A stretch of 64,000 bases of DNA from Chiloscyllium plagiosum (GCF_004010195.1 NC_057724.1:6948786-7012785), one strand, 5' to 3'. Counted from the first letter of the stretch, positions 12,444-25,537 are shown. Made by a program: numbers and translations. The notes: generated from the sequence alone by a model not told the origin.

Positions 12444-12690
12444 TCAAATATCTCCATTTAGTAAGGAACGATACTCAGGAATGATGCACAATGGACTGTT
12501 AGTCTCTAACATATGATCACAAAGTATAGCTTGCATTCGCTCTCTCACTCTGATTTGAAGATCTCCTGTGTCCTGAAGTTCAATAGAAGGAGGATGGAGA
12601 ATTCTCAACCACTGTGTGAACTCAAAAAGAATGGATCCATTTTCTCCTGTATCCAATTCGAAATTCACTTTCCTGCCATTGTCATATTAT
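12444..12690 (-). mobile_element. Ancient Gypsy-like aspartic protease remnant
   Basis: Minus strand reads NGRKVNFELDTG...PLCII..RSLL, resembling the retropepsin pattern FxxDTG...LLGRD. No RT recognised downstream. Confidence 0.4.
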
Positions 12691-12724
12691 ATGCAAGTCA
12701 GAACATCTCTCATGGGTCTGTATC

Positions 12725-13632
12725 GAGAGTCATTGAGATGTACAGCACGGAAACAGACCCTTCAGTCCAACTCTTCCGTGCCGACCAGATAGCCTAACCT
12801 AATCTAGTCCTATTTGCCAGCACTTGGCCCATATCCCTCCAAACCCTTCCTATTCATATACTCAACCAGATGTCTTTTAAATGTTGTAATTGTACCAGCC
12901 TGCTCACTTCCTCTGGCAGCTCATTCCACTCACGCACCACCCTCTGTGTGAAAAAGTTGCCCCTTAGTTCCCTTTTATATCTTTCCCCTCTCACCCTAAA
13001 TCTATGCCCTCTAGTTCTGGACTCCGCCACCCCAAGGGAAAAACCTTGTCTTTTTAACCTATCCATGCCCCTCAAGATTTTATAAACCTCTATAAGGTCA
13101 CCCCTCAGCCTCTGACCCTCCAGGGAAAACAGCCCCAGCCTATTCAGCTTCTCCCTATAGATCAAATCCTCCAATCCTGGCAACATCCTTGTAAATCTTT
13201 TCTGAACCCTTTCAAGTTTCACAACATCCTCCCAATAGAAAGGAGATCAAAACTGCATGCAATATTCCAACCAATGTCCTGTACAGCCGCAACATGACCT
13301 CCCAACACCTGTACTCAATACTCTGACCAATAAAGGAAAGTATACCAAATGCCTTTTTCACTATCCTATCCACCTGCGACTCTACTTTCAAGGAGCTATG
13401 AACCTGCACTCCAAAATCTTTTTGTTCAGCAACACTCCCTAAGACCTTACCGTTAAGTGTTCAAATCCTGCTCTGATTTGCTTTTCCAAAATGCAGCACA
13501 TCGCATTTTTCTAAATTAAACTCCATCTGCCACTCTGCAACCATTGGCCCACCTGATCAAGATCCTGTTGTAATCTGAGGTAACCCTCTTCGCTGTCCAC
13601 TACACCTCCAATTTTGGTGTCATCTGGAAACC
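12725..13632 (-). mobile_element. CR1/HER1 LINE 3' fragment
   Basis: FPDDTKIGGVVDSEE, KKAFGILSFIGQSIEY, KLERVQKRFTRMLPGL..RGDLIEVYK, plus 3' tail. Confidence 0.92.
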
Positions 13633-15536
13633 TCCTAAAACAGTACAGTGAACCAGTTATATTTTCCAAGAATTCACATTGTTTCTCAATTATCACTAAT
13701 GATTGAACGTTTATAGATGACTGTAGTCTTCTTTTTTCCTTTTTTTAATGCTGCTAATCCAGCTCTTAAATGTGGGCTTTGGCATTTCTGGCTCTGTAAT
13801 ACTATCTGAGCAAGTCCCTAACTGTTGGATCTTTAATAAGTGTGCTTTGATCCTCACCCCATTTTCTGCTGGCAGACTTACTATGTGTGTTCTTATTTCC
13901 CGTCTCTGTAACTTTTAATCTATAGTCATCTATTCTTCACTCTTGTTGATTGATTTTTGAACTTGCCCTGTTCCCAGTGTTGACTATTCTCGTGTTCTGT
14001 CATTCATTCATTCACTAGATAAGGATGTCAGCAAGGCCAGCATTTATTGCCCATCCCTAAGTGCCCTGGAGAAGATGGTAGTGAGCTGCTTTGTTGCAAC
14101 GTGTGCGGCCAGCCACAGTGCTACTCGGAAGGGAGTTCCAGGATTTTGATCCAGTGACAATGAAGGAATGGTGATATATTTCCATGTCAAGGTGGCTTGT
14201 GGCTCAGAGGGGAACTTGCAGATTGTGGTGCTCCCATGTATCTGTTTCTCTTGTTCTTCCAGCCTTTAGAGGTTGTGGGATTGGAAGGTGTTGGGAAAAG
14301 AGATTTGCTGAGTTCCTAGAGTACCTCTTGCAGATCTTTCATCGCGATGCCACTCTGCGTCAATCGTGAAGGGAGTGAATGTTGAAGATTGCAATTGAGG
14401 TGCCAATGAAGTGAGCTATTATTTCCTGAGATCCAAGGGATTCCCTCCCTATGGTCCAGTGACTAGGTCAGACTTAATGTGCTTCACCATGCATTATACT
14501 ATCACCGGACATTCACAGTCCACTTGTCTCTGATTCTGTCAGACCTGCTGCCAATTGCCTCTGTGTAGTATGATTCTATCTAGGCTTTTAATTGAAGACA
14601 ATCCACACTTATATCAGTGAACACCAACAACCATTATTAAGTCTATGTATATGAATGAGAATAAGTAAGGAAATTTTTGAAATCTTGTACACTCAAGTCT
14701 CAGTTCCATGTGATTTGTTATTATGGCATAACTCCTTATGCATCTGATCAGTAGCTCTTTTTTAGAAATACAGTTAAGACTTTACTCTGCATCAGCGCCT
14801 CTGACAATATACTCCATAAGTACTATATTGGAATATTATCTTTGTATTTTGTATTCAAGTCACCGGAATTAGACATGATTCACAATGTGCCCACTGAGAG
14901 GCCAAAAGTGCTACCAACTGAGGCACTGTTACATTTTGTGATGCATTTAAAGTGATAACGAATATTACTCAATGCTTAATCCCCTACCACTAACACCCTG
15001 GCTGACACTATTGACCAGAAACCAGCGACATAAATATTGAGGCTACTCAGTCAGAAGCTGTGAACACTATGGTGAGGACATCCTAGCTCCTCGAATCCTA
15101 TCCACTATTTACAATGTACAATCCAGAAGTGCGGTGGACCATGCCTCACTTGCATGTACAGCTCCAACAACACTCAAGAAACTCAACATCATCCAAGGCA
15201 AAGCAGTCCATTTGATTAGCATCTCATCGACCTCTGCACGGTGAAAGCAGTGTAGGCTGTTACAAAGACTTCATATTTAATCATTTTGTGGACTATGTGG
15301 AAAACAGTATTGTTTTATTTTGAAAGAGGCCATTGAAAGGACATTGGACTGATTTTATTAACAAGGCATTTCTTGACTCGGTAAGATGGTGGTAATTCTG
15401 TAGAACTGCTGTGGACAGCTCTGCCTAACAGTCAAGGCATACTAGTGTTTTTTGCCATCCCTGGCCAACTTATGTGGTGGAATTATTAGTTTAAAACCTT
15501 ACAGAACACATATTTGTTAATATTTTGGAGTGGGAA

Positions 15537-15935
15537 GGATGCCAATGGGAAAAGGAGCAAGCAAACAGCAGCAGGGAGGACGCTCCCCTGCGGCACCTGC
15601 CACACCAGACACTGCAGCAACAGCAGCCTCTCCTGACCCCCCGGGGACCTGACAGATTCACAGGAATTGGCTGCAGCGATGGAGAGACTTACCTTGAAAG
15701 TTGGGGCTGCGATTGAGGAGATCCGTTGGGAGATTCGTGCCCAGGTCCAACCTATCGCAATCATGCTGCAGAAGCATGAGCAGGAAATCCAGGGCCTTGG
15801 GGAGAGGCTGGAGGAGGTGGAGGGTCGAACTAAGGCCTCGGAAGCTGTGATGGAGTCCTCATCCAGTCGGATCCAGGTGCTGGAGCGAGAGGTGCGGGCC
15901 TTGTAAAACCATATCGATGACCTTGAAAATCGAGG
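15537..15935 (+). pseudogene. L1 ORF1 N-terminal/coiled-coil fragment
   Basis: Heptad-rich EQEIQGLGERLEEVEGR..IQVLEREVRAL*NHIDDLENRG; DLENR marks the end of the L1 ORF1 coiled coil. Confidence 0.75.
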
Positions 15936-16159
15936 ACAGGATGCCTTGTGGGCCCCCAACTATTTCTTCGCAGGCCAAGCAGGTGGTTGACTTATGCAAG
16001 GTGTTGAGGCTGGTGGATATTTGGAGATGTCTTCACCCTACCGGCAGGGGCTTCACCTTTTTTTCAAACCCACATAAATGTCACACGAGGATTGACTTCT
16101 TTCTGGCTCCCTCGGCCCTTCTGGATACGATTATGGGTTGTAAAATGGGGAATATAGCG

Positions 16160-17890
16160 ATAGAACATAGAACATAGAAGAATATAACGCAGTACAGGCC
16201 CTTTGGCCCTCGATGTTGCGCCGATCCAAGCCCACCTAACCTAAACTAGCCCACTATCCTCCATATGCCTATCCAATGCCCGCTTAAATGCACATAAAGA
16301 GGGAGAGTCCACCACTGCTACTGGCAGGGCATTCCATGAACTCACGACTCGCTGAGTAAAGAACCTACCCCTAACATCTGTCCCATACCTACTACCCCTT
16401 AATTTAAAGCTATGCCCCCTCGTAATAGCTGACTCCATACGTGGAAAAAGATTCTCACTGTCGACCCTATCTAAACCCCTAATCATCTTATACACCTCTA
16501 TCAAGTCACCCCTAAACCTTCCTTTCTCCAATGAAAACAACCCCAAGTGCCTCAACCTTTCCTCATACGATCTTNNNNNNNNNNNNNNNNNNNNNNNNNN
16601 NNNNNNNNNNNNNNNNNNNNNNNNNNNNNNNNNNNNNNNNNNNNNNNNNNNNNNNNNNNNNNNNNNACTTGGGTGGCAACTTTCAGAGATCTGTGTACAT
16701 GGACACCAAGATCCCTCTGCTCATCCACACTACCAAGTATCCGACAATTAGCCCAGTACCCATTCTTTTTGTTATTCTTCCCAAAGTGAATCACCTCGCA
16801 CTTAGCTACATTGTATTCCATCTGCCACCTTTCTGCCCAGCTCTGCAGCTTCTCTTTATCCTGCTGTAACCTGCCACATGCTTCCTCACTGTCAACAACT
16901 CCTCCGACTTTTGTGTCATCCGCAAACTTGCTCACCCAACCTTCTAACTCCTCTTCCAGGTCATTTATAAAAATGACAAACAGCAATGGTCCCAAAACAG
17001 ATCCTTGCGGAACACCGCTAGTGACGGCACTCCATGAAGAAACTTTGCCATCAACTACTACCCTCTGTCTTCTTCCATCCAGCCAATTCCTAATCCAAAC
17101 CTCCAACTCACCCTCAATGCCATATCTCCGTATTTTCTGCAGTAGCCTACCATGGGGAACCTTATCGAACGCCTTACTAAAATCCATATATACCACATCT
17201 GCCGCTTTCCCCTCATCAACCTCCTTCGTCACCTTTTCAAAGAATTCAATAAGGTTTGTGAGGCACGACCTGCCCTTCACAAAACCATGCTGACTATCCT
17301 TGATCACATTATTCCTATCCAGATGTTCATAAATCCTATGCCTTACAATTCTCTCTAAGATTTTGCCCACAACAGAAGTGTGACTCACCGGCCTATAGTT
17401 ATTAGGGTTATCCCTACTCCCCTTCTTGAACAAGGGAACCACATTTGCTCGCCTCCAATCTTCTGGCACTACTCCTGTAGACAACGAGGACATAAAAATC
17501 AAGGCCATTGGCTCTGCAATCTCCTCCCTTGCTTCCCAGAGAATCCTAGGATAATTGCCATCAGGCCCAGGTGACTTATCTATTTTCACCCTTTCCAGAA
17601 TTTCGAACACCTCTTCTCTACATACCTCAACGCCATCCATTCTGCTTAATTGTGACTCAGTATTCACATCCGCAACAATGTCCTGTTCCTGAGTGAATAC
17701 TGACGAAAATTATTCATTCAGTGTCTCCCCAATCTCTTCAGCCTCCACACGCAACTTCCCACTACTATTCTTGACTGGACCTATTCCTACCCTAGTCATT
17801 CTTTTATTCCTGACATACCTATAGAAAGCCTTAGGGTTTTCCCTAATCCTACCAACTAAGGACCTTTCATGTCCCCTCCTTGCTGCTCTT
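16160..17890 (-). mobile_element. Young 5'-truncated CR1 LINE nested in the L1
   Basis: Long open RT frame (16552-17667: KSPGPDG, NYRPVS, QHGF, YMDFSKAFD, GVPQGSVLGP, KFADDTK); CpGs retained; (TAGAACA)n reverse tail at about 16161-16180. Confidence 0.95.
16575..16666. other. Assembly gap (N run) inside the young CR1
   Basis: Run of Ns; both flanks are CR1 ORF2. Confidence 0.99.
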
Positions 17891-20800
17891 ATCTCTGATC
17901 ACGCAGCAGTATATTCGGAGGTTAAAGCCAAGAGTGAAGGGCTAGGTTTGCGGCGCTGGCATTTGGACCCTTTTCTCCTTCAGGATTCCAAATTTGTGGA
18001 ATACGTTTTGAAGGAGCTTCAGGAATTCTTGACTATCAACTCAGGCACGGCTAGTAGTCCATCTATGCTATGGGAGACTGCTAAGGCCTTTGCTAGAGGA
18101 TTAGCTATTCCCTATTCGGCCAGTTGGAAATGACAGAAGGAGGAACAGTAGCGTCTACTGCGCAGAGGCGGCACATTTTGTGCGGCCTTCGATGACTAAG
18201 CTACAACGGATCACGGCCCTTCGGGCTGCCTTGAATTCAATCCTGACACAAAACGCAAAGAAAGAACTTGCTTTTACTCAACAAAGGAAGTTCGAATATG
18301 GGGATAGGCCAGGGAACTATTTAGCCAACCTGACTAGGAAAAAGCATGCTCCCCAATCCATTACTGCAATCAGAGACAGTGCCGGGGTCCTTACATACGA
18401 TGCTAAAAAGATTAATGAGGCTTTTCGGAACTTTTACTCTGAACTGTATCGCTCTGAAGGTTGCGAAGACAGGAGGGCTAAAATGGAGACCGTTTTTAAG
18501 AACCAGGACCTCCCAGGAGTAACCTTGGAACAGGCCTCTCTCCTTATTGCTCCCTTGCCAGTTCAGGAAATACAGGAGGCAGCTGGGCAACTTTAGAGTG
18601 GGAAAGCGCCTGGCCCTGATGGTCTCCCGGGTGAGTTTTATAAGGAGTTTATAGGGATTCCTATATGCATGAATGCCTCACATCATCTTTGAGAGAAGCT
18701 AATATTTCCTTAATTCTTAAGAAGGGGAAGGTTCCTGAGGATTGTGCCTCATACAGGCCCATCTCTCTATTAAATTCAGATTTCAAAATTCTATCCAAGA
18801 TCCTGGTGCTGAGATTGGAAAGGGTGTTGCCCCATATTATTAAAGAGGACCATTCAGGCTTTATAAGGGGCTGTAGGTCATCTAATAATATTAGAAGTTT
18901 GCTGAATATGGTCCAAGTTTGTCAGCAACGATCGAATCAGGGATTGGTGATTTCCTTAGATGCAGAGAAAGCATTTGACCGGGTGGAATCACCATACTTT
19001 TTTTATGTCTCAGAACAGTTTGGGTTGGGTGGAGTCTTTACTAGGTGGGTGGAGGTTTTATATCGCCACTCTCTGGCCGTAGTCATCACCAACGGGGTGA
19101 AGTCAGGGAATTTTACGATTGTTAGGGGTAGTTGGCAAAGCTGCCCCCTCTCACCGTTGTTGTTTACGTTGGTGATAGAGCCTCTGACAGAGGCCATTCA
19201 TCAGAACATCCACATAACCGCTCCGGAAGTGGTTACATTGTACGCGGATGATGTTCTTCTGTTTTTATCGAACCCGATGACCTCCATATCCCGTTTGATA
19301 CAATGTATCAATTCATTTGGGGCTATTTCAGGATATAAGATCAACTTTGCAAAATTGGAGGCAATGCCTTTGGGGAACCTTAAGGATGTGCCAGAAGTTG
19401 AAGGTGGCCCTAAGTTCCCTTTTAAGTGGTCACGGGCAGAGTTCTGATACCTAGGCATTTTTATTACCCCCAAAGTTTGATCTGTTATTTCGGACTAACT
19501 TTGGTTATTTGCTCGACAATATTAGGCGAGATCTCCAGACATGGGAGCCTCTTCCAATTTCATGGCTGGGCCGAATATCTCTCATTAAAATGAATGCTCT
19601 TCCTCGTTTGCTTTATCCCATGCGTGTGCTCCCTATAATGTTTCCAAGGTCAACGCTGCAGAAGCTTATGGGGTGGTTTGGTTCTGTCGTCTGGCATCGT
19701 GGGCGGACCCTCATCAAACTTACTAAATTGCAGTTGCCTCAAGGAGAGGGAGAAGTTGATTTCTCAGACATCAGAAGGTATCAATTGAGTTCCCTGCTGT
19801 CCTTTGTCTGTGATTGAGTAGGTAACGATCTAAACTCAATATGGCTGGATATTGAGGCCTCCCAGGCCAAGTGCCCTCTTATTAACCTGTTGTTCATGGA
19901 TAAGATGAGGACAGTTATGGACCACTGCCGGAACCCCATTGTCATTAGTACAGTCAAGACATGGAGGGCGATGCGTCAGAGTGAGGGTTGTTTATCCAAG
20001 ACTTCGCCACTCAGTCCCATAGTTGGCATGCCAGGGTTCTGACCAGGAATGATGGACTCAGGGTTCCAACTATGGGCAGCGAGAGGAGTTTCTAGTTTGG
20101 GAGACTTGTTTGAAGGGGAGGTTATGATGTCTTTTGAGCAACTGAGCCGCAAATTCGGGTTGCCCAGCAGAGACCTTTTCCGTTTTTTTCAGGTTAGGGA
20201 TTTCATCCGGAAGAAGACTATGCTTCTCACTAAGCCTCCGATACAGAGAGGCTGTTGCTACGTTCCACAAGCACCCTTTCGGTTAGTGCCCTCTGGCCTG
20301 CTGGGTAGCAGGGCCTGGCAGGATATTAACCGGTTATGTGAGGTATGGGAGCAAGAGCTGGGAGTGGAGATCTTTTCTGAAACATGGGACAACATATGGG
20401 AGAATACTCGAAAGATCTCAATCTGTACTAGGACATGTGCTACTCAGTTAAAAGTTCTGCACAGGGCTCATCTGGCACCAAACCGTCTGGCGAAGTTTAA
20501 AAGAGGGGCATCTTCAGTGTGCCCCAAATGTAAAATAAGTGTAAGTACTCTTACCCATTGCTTCTGGACAGGCCACAGGCTCCGTGTTTATTGGAGCGCT
20601 ATGGTGGGAGAGATAGGGAGGGTTTTGAGGGCTGAAGTCAAAGTAGACCCAATATCTCTCCTCTTAGGTCTACCGAATTTACCATCTTTAGACGTGCATG
20701 GGAAGAAACTATTTAATATTCTTGCATACTGTGCACGGAAGAATATTCTGATGAATTGGGTGTCTGAGAACCCGCCGGACTTGCTGGGATGGCAGAAATT

Positions 20801-23244
20801 AATTATGGAACACATTCCCTTGTATTTTTATACAAACATGATGCACCACACAACAGACCATTTTAATAAGACATGGCAGCCCTATTTGAGTAATTTGGAA
20901 ATAGATTTGTCAGTTGTCTTAACTAGAGCGTTTGTTTAACCAGGATGGTTAGATTTGTCAAGCCCTGGGCCCTGGAGGGGGTCTCCTGAGTTAATACGGG
21001 TATATATACAATGCTTCAGTTCCTTTATTTGGGAGCTTTACGTCGGGCATAGCAGTTCTGTATTTTGTGGATTTTTTTGGTTTTTTTTTGCTTTGCTTTC
21101 TTTTTTTGGTGTTGCTTTGCACAGTGTTAGGGTTTGCTTTGCATTATAGGGTAGGTTAATAGTTAGCAGACAGTAGTTGTATTGTAATTTGTGTTTTTCT
21201 TTCTTTTTATTATACTGTTACTTGTTATTGATTTTTTTTTCAATAATTTTATATGTTGGTAAAATTAAAAAAATTTACTAATAAATATACTTACAAAAAA
21301 AAGGCATTTCTTGGTCATCATATTTCTTGTGGCAAATGTTTGTTTACCACAGACTCCTGTGGCCGTCAAGTTTCTTTGCCTGTTCTGGGTATTTGTTTGG
21401 AGTAGTTGGTGACCATTTTGCTGAAGGAACGAAGATTCCTGTTTCTCACATAAATCTTTGTTGTGTATCCAATGAGAAACGCACTTTGTTTTTGAGAGTA
21501 CATTCAGGGGTCTGATGGTTAAGATGATCAAGGGTTATGGGCAGATGGCAAGCCAACCAGGTGGTGAAACATCTCAGTCATGATTGAATGGTGGAGCAGG
21601 CTCAATGGGCTAAATAGTCTAATTCTGCTCCTGCGTCTTATGGTCTTACGGGAAATGGACTTCCCTGGCTTGGCCTGAAGTGATTGCCCACCCCTAATTG
21701 CTCTTGAGAAGATGGTGATCACTGCCTTATTGAACCATTGCAATCCTTAGGATTGGGTTCTCTTTGACCTCTTAACTGTCCTCTGGAAAGGTTCTCAGTT
21801 CTGTGTTTCTGAGGGGAAAGGCATTTTCAAAGATCTCAGAGATAGCTGTCTCTGTATGATGACGTGTCCTCATGTGACAGAATGCCAGACGGACAGTCAT
21901 CTGAACATTCCACACCTTAGCATTTTTGCCTTCAAGAACTAACTATCATTGGTCAAATGTGCTTTTCTTTTTGAAGTGAAATCTATAGAGCGAGAATTCC
22001 AATCTTCCCCTTTTCCAGGTTTGCAATTCCAAAAGGAAGCTATTTATACTTGCCTATTTCGAACTGTGTTATGTTTATACCAAATAATTTTCATTTTCAC
22101 AATAATTTCACAATCGGTTTAGAGTTTACCAAAAGAACTGATTGATGAGCTTTTCATTCTAATTCTGAGTAGAGAAAGCACACAATTGGTTGCATTCGGA
22201 ACTTATGAGACACTTAAACTTTATGTTGTGACAGATGGAATAGTGGGACTACAAGGAGATTGTGCACTCCTGCAGCTTCATGCACACCACAAGACACACC
22301 ACAGGAACTCACCAAGGCTCCTTTGACTGCACCATTCAAAACAACAGCCTCTACCAATTGGGAAGACAAGGGCAGCAGGTACATGGGAACACCATCACCT
22401 CCCCAAGCCACTCACCATCCTGACTTGGAAAGATATTATTGCTCCTTCAGTGTCGCAGAGTCAAAATCCTGAAATTCCCTGCCTAATGGTGTTCTGAGTT
22501 TACCTACAGCACATGGACTGTAACGTTTCAAGAAAGCAGCTTTTCCAGGACAATTAGCGATGTGCAATAAATGCTGGCAAAGCCAGTAATACTCACATTC
22601 CATGAACAAATAAAATATTCGGCTGTAGCTATCTCTGCCCTTCTCTTTACTTTTATACAAATGGCTATGTTCTACCATAATAATTTGTGATATATGTGAA
22701 TATCATTTCTCAGAAGGTACAGATGATTATGGAATTTGATGTCATGATTTATTAACACACTGACGCCTTAGTGGTGACAGGATTGCAATCTCTAACTATA
22801 CCTTTGGCTAATTTCCAATTTTAAATATGAACCTCTGTTCAAGAGAACAACTTTGAAACATGTCAAGCATTTCCAATATTTTTATTCACAATATGAAATA
22901 GAACAAAACAAAATCACTGAATGGTTATAGTGCATCAGAGGCCATTTGACCCATCGTGTCTGCACTGGCTGTCTGAGTAAATACAAGACAAAGACAATTT
23001 GAAATGTTACATTAAGAATTGCACCATCTTCAAAAACAATGAACAAAGGACTTGCATTTATACAGTGCCTCCATCCAATCTCAGGGTAACCCACAGTCCA
23101 TGAGGTACATTTTCATGCACAGTCACCATTATAGCAGAAATAAATTATATGCTTTATATGCTTGAAAAGAAGCAAAATCAGAAGTTGTTGGAGAAACTCA
23201 GCAGGCCTGGCAGCATTTGTGGGGAGAAAACACAAAGATACCTC

Positions 23245-23906
23245 ATACTGCAAGCTCATAGTACCTTGAATGTGGTGGATAGGATAGTGAAGAAGGGGTT
23301 TGGTATGCTTGCCTTTATTGGTCAGTGCATTGAGTACAGGAGTTGGGAGATCATGTGGCAGCTGTACAGGACATTGGTTAGGCCACTTTTGGAATATTGT
23401 GTGCAGTCCTGGTCTCCCTCCTATCAGAAGGATGTTGTGAAACTTGAAAGGGTTCCAAAAATATTTACAAGGATGTTGCCAGGGTTGGAGGATCTGAGCT
23501 ATAGGGAGAGGCTGAGGGGTGACCTTGCACAAGTTTATAACATCATGAGGGGCATGGACAGGGTAAATAAACAAGGTCTTTTCCCTGGGTGGGGGAATCC
23601 AGAACTAGAGGGCATAGATTTAGGGTGAGAGGAGAAAGATATAAATGGGACCTAAGGGACAACTTTTTCATGCAGAGGGTGATGCGTGTATGGAATGAGC
23701 TGCCAGAAGAAGTGGTGGAGGCTGGTACAATTACAGCATTTAAAAGGCATCTGGATGGATATATGAATATGAAGGGTTTAAAGGGATATGGGTCAAGTGC
23801 TGGAAAATGGGACTAGATTAGGTTAGGACATTGAGTCGGAATGGATGAGTTGGACTGAAGGGTCTATTTCTGTGCTGTACATCTGTAATGACTCTATGAC
23901 TCTATA
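23245..23906 (+). mobile_element. CR1/HER1 LINE 3' fragment
   Basis: VDRIVKKGFGMLAFIGQCIEYRSWE..LEYCVQ.WSP; tail ATGACTCTATGACTCT. Confidence 0.92.
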
Positions 23907-24010
23907 ACAATGTGACACTTCATCAGAGTCTGTATTTTTCTCCACAGAGGCTGCCAGAGCTGCTGAGTTTCCCCAGCAATTTCTGTTTTTGTTTCAGATT
24001 ACCAGCATCT

Positions 24011-24052
24011 GCAGTTCTGAGGAAGAGTCACCGGACCTGAAATGTTAACTGT
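24011..24052 (+). ncRNA. Hammerhead ribozyme motif (PLE family C) with 6-bp stem I
   Basis: gcaguu-CUGAGGA-A-GAGUC-ACCG-GACCU-GAAAU-GUU-aacugu; the flanks GCAGUU and AACUGU pair. Confidence 0.65.
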
Positions 24053-24469
24053 AATTTCTCTTTACTGATGCTACCCGACCTGCTGAGATTTTCCAGCAAT
24101 TTTCGTTTCAGATTTAGCGCAGCAGCAGTTCATTTGGTTTTTATTCTGCAGTTTTTTTGTGTTATTATACTTTCAAAGAGAGTTTACTCTGTTCAAGTGC
24201 TGGTCAGAAACATTTATAGGTGGACATTTTTGATGTAAATTACATACAACTATCATTACATCACACACAGTCTGAAATTAGAGGAAAACAGTTTGTTATT
24301 AGATCATTGCATAATAGAAATTGGACTAATTAATTGGTCCAAAACTTTGTGCCATCATTCTGATTTTAACTTTGTCCACCCCAGTCCAACACCGGCACCT
24401 CCTCATCCTGATTTTCAATGACTTGGTGCTACCTTGACTCAATATAAAACCTTGAGCTGAAAACCAGCC

Positions 24470-24740
24470 TACCTCTGCAGGAGAGCTGCACTCTTAGCAG
24501 TCCCATTTTTGGACCAGATGTTAAAACAAGGTCTCATGGGCGTAAACGTTAACAGTGCATTGACCTGAAGACAAGCATCCTGTTCTCCTTGTCAATATTC
24601 ATCTTTCAGCCAACAGCTATTGTGACTATTTATGGGAGCTTGCTGAGCTCCAACTGACTAGCAAGTTCTCCTGCTTTACAAAGAGACTTCACATTAAATA
24701 TACTTCCTTTGTTGCAATTGGGATTCGAAAATGCAATTCT
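24470..24740 (+). mobile_element. Highly diverged DeuSINE (SacSINE1/AmnSINE1-like) relic
   Basis: GAGCTGCACT..CAGATGTTAAAACAAGG..TATGGGAGCTTGCTG resembles the Deu core and 3' part as I recall them. Confidence 0.4.
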
Positions 24741-24931
24741 TTCTTTCTGATGTGGGGATATGATCACCTTCTACCACTTTCTCAATTCTGGAAGCATCTC
24801 TTAGAAATGGAGTAAACTGGTTTGTAAGACCTCTTACCATCACCTTTAATAGCCAGACCGTTCCTTTTGCATAAGCATAATTTCTTTGTATCGTGGAACC
24901 TGTTTATCTTCAGACCTTGTCAAATATATAC

Positions 24932-25537
24932 TGTTATGGACCGACCAAACCTCCTCAAAATATATTCAGAAGATAATCTAGATCCTAACTTTTTTTCATA
25001 TTTTAAAGGTGTTCCATTCCAGATGCAATTCAATTAGTCAAACTACTCCATGCTATTTTACTTTTATACTACAGTTAAAATACTGAAAGAATGAGTTGGC
25101 TTAACATTAACTCTATCAAAATGCTGTATATGTATATGTTCCAATGTAATAACATCCCATAAACACACCCTTGGTAAAGGTAAATTCAGTAAAATCGATT
25201 GTCTCACAGGCAATTCTCCAGTCCAGAAGGAAAATAATCAAAAGAAAACTCAGAGAGAGAGAGAGTAGCAAGGAGAAATCTAATGCAGTTTCCAAACCTG
25301 ACTTCAAGACCCCAGCACCTGCTACTGAGAAACTAAAACTAAAAACCCTGGTTCTGTGGGAGTTTGACCCCAACCATCCAGGTTGCTTCTATTATTCTGA
25401 CTCTTCAAAACAAAAACCAAGGCCTCACAAGTTGTTTACTTTACAAGATTCAAATAGACAGCTCAACACCTCTATCTTAAAACCTCTTTTTAAAAAAAAT
25501 AATAAAATACACCTCTTAGAGCCATTGTGTCATCACA
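24932..25537. mobile_element. Solo LTR (606 bp)
   Basis: Begins TGTTATG and ends CATCACA (imperfect inverted termini, TG...CA); 4-bp TSD ATAC at 24928-24931 and 25538-25541. Confidence 0.82.

Larger units (their letters stand above)
15936..20939 (+). pseudogene. L1 ORF2 (partial endonuclease, RT, C-terminal zinc motif), disrupted
   Basis: ORF pieces 15917-16177, 17948-18133, 18180-18596, 18665-19447, 19509-19817 and 20049-20939 tile one ORF2, split by CR1 at 16160-17890. Confidence 0.88.
15376..21300 (+). mobile_element. L1-clade LINE, 5'-complete but internally deleted and decayed
   Basis: TSD AAGGCATTTCTTG at 15363-15375 and 21301-21313; AATAAA and A-tail at about 21280-21300. ORF1 coiled coil ends DDLENRG. 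Endonuclease: LVDIWRCLHP..FTFFS..HTRIDFF..ISDHA. RT: YRPISLLN, LDAEKAFDRVE, CPLSPLLF, LYADD. C-terminal CPKC..THCFW. Confidence 0.92.
23165..24150. mobile_element. PLE family C fold-back/tandem element split by a CR1 fragment
   Basis: Arm GGAGAAACTCAGCAGGCCTGGCAGCAT (about 23190) is inverted relative to GCTGCCAGAGCTGCTGAGTTTCCCCAGC (about 23950). A second tandem arm with a hammerhead lies at 24011-24150. Confidence 0.65.

Noticed and set aside
16811-17293. 160-aa plus-strand ORF
   Set aside because: Antisense shadow of the CR1 RT frame.
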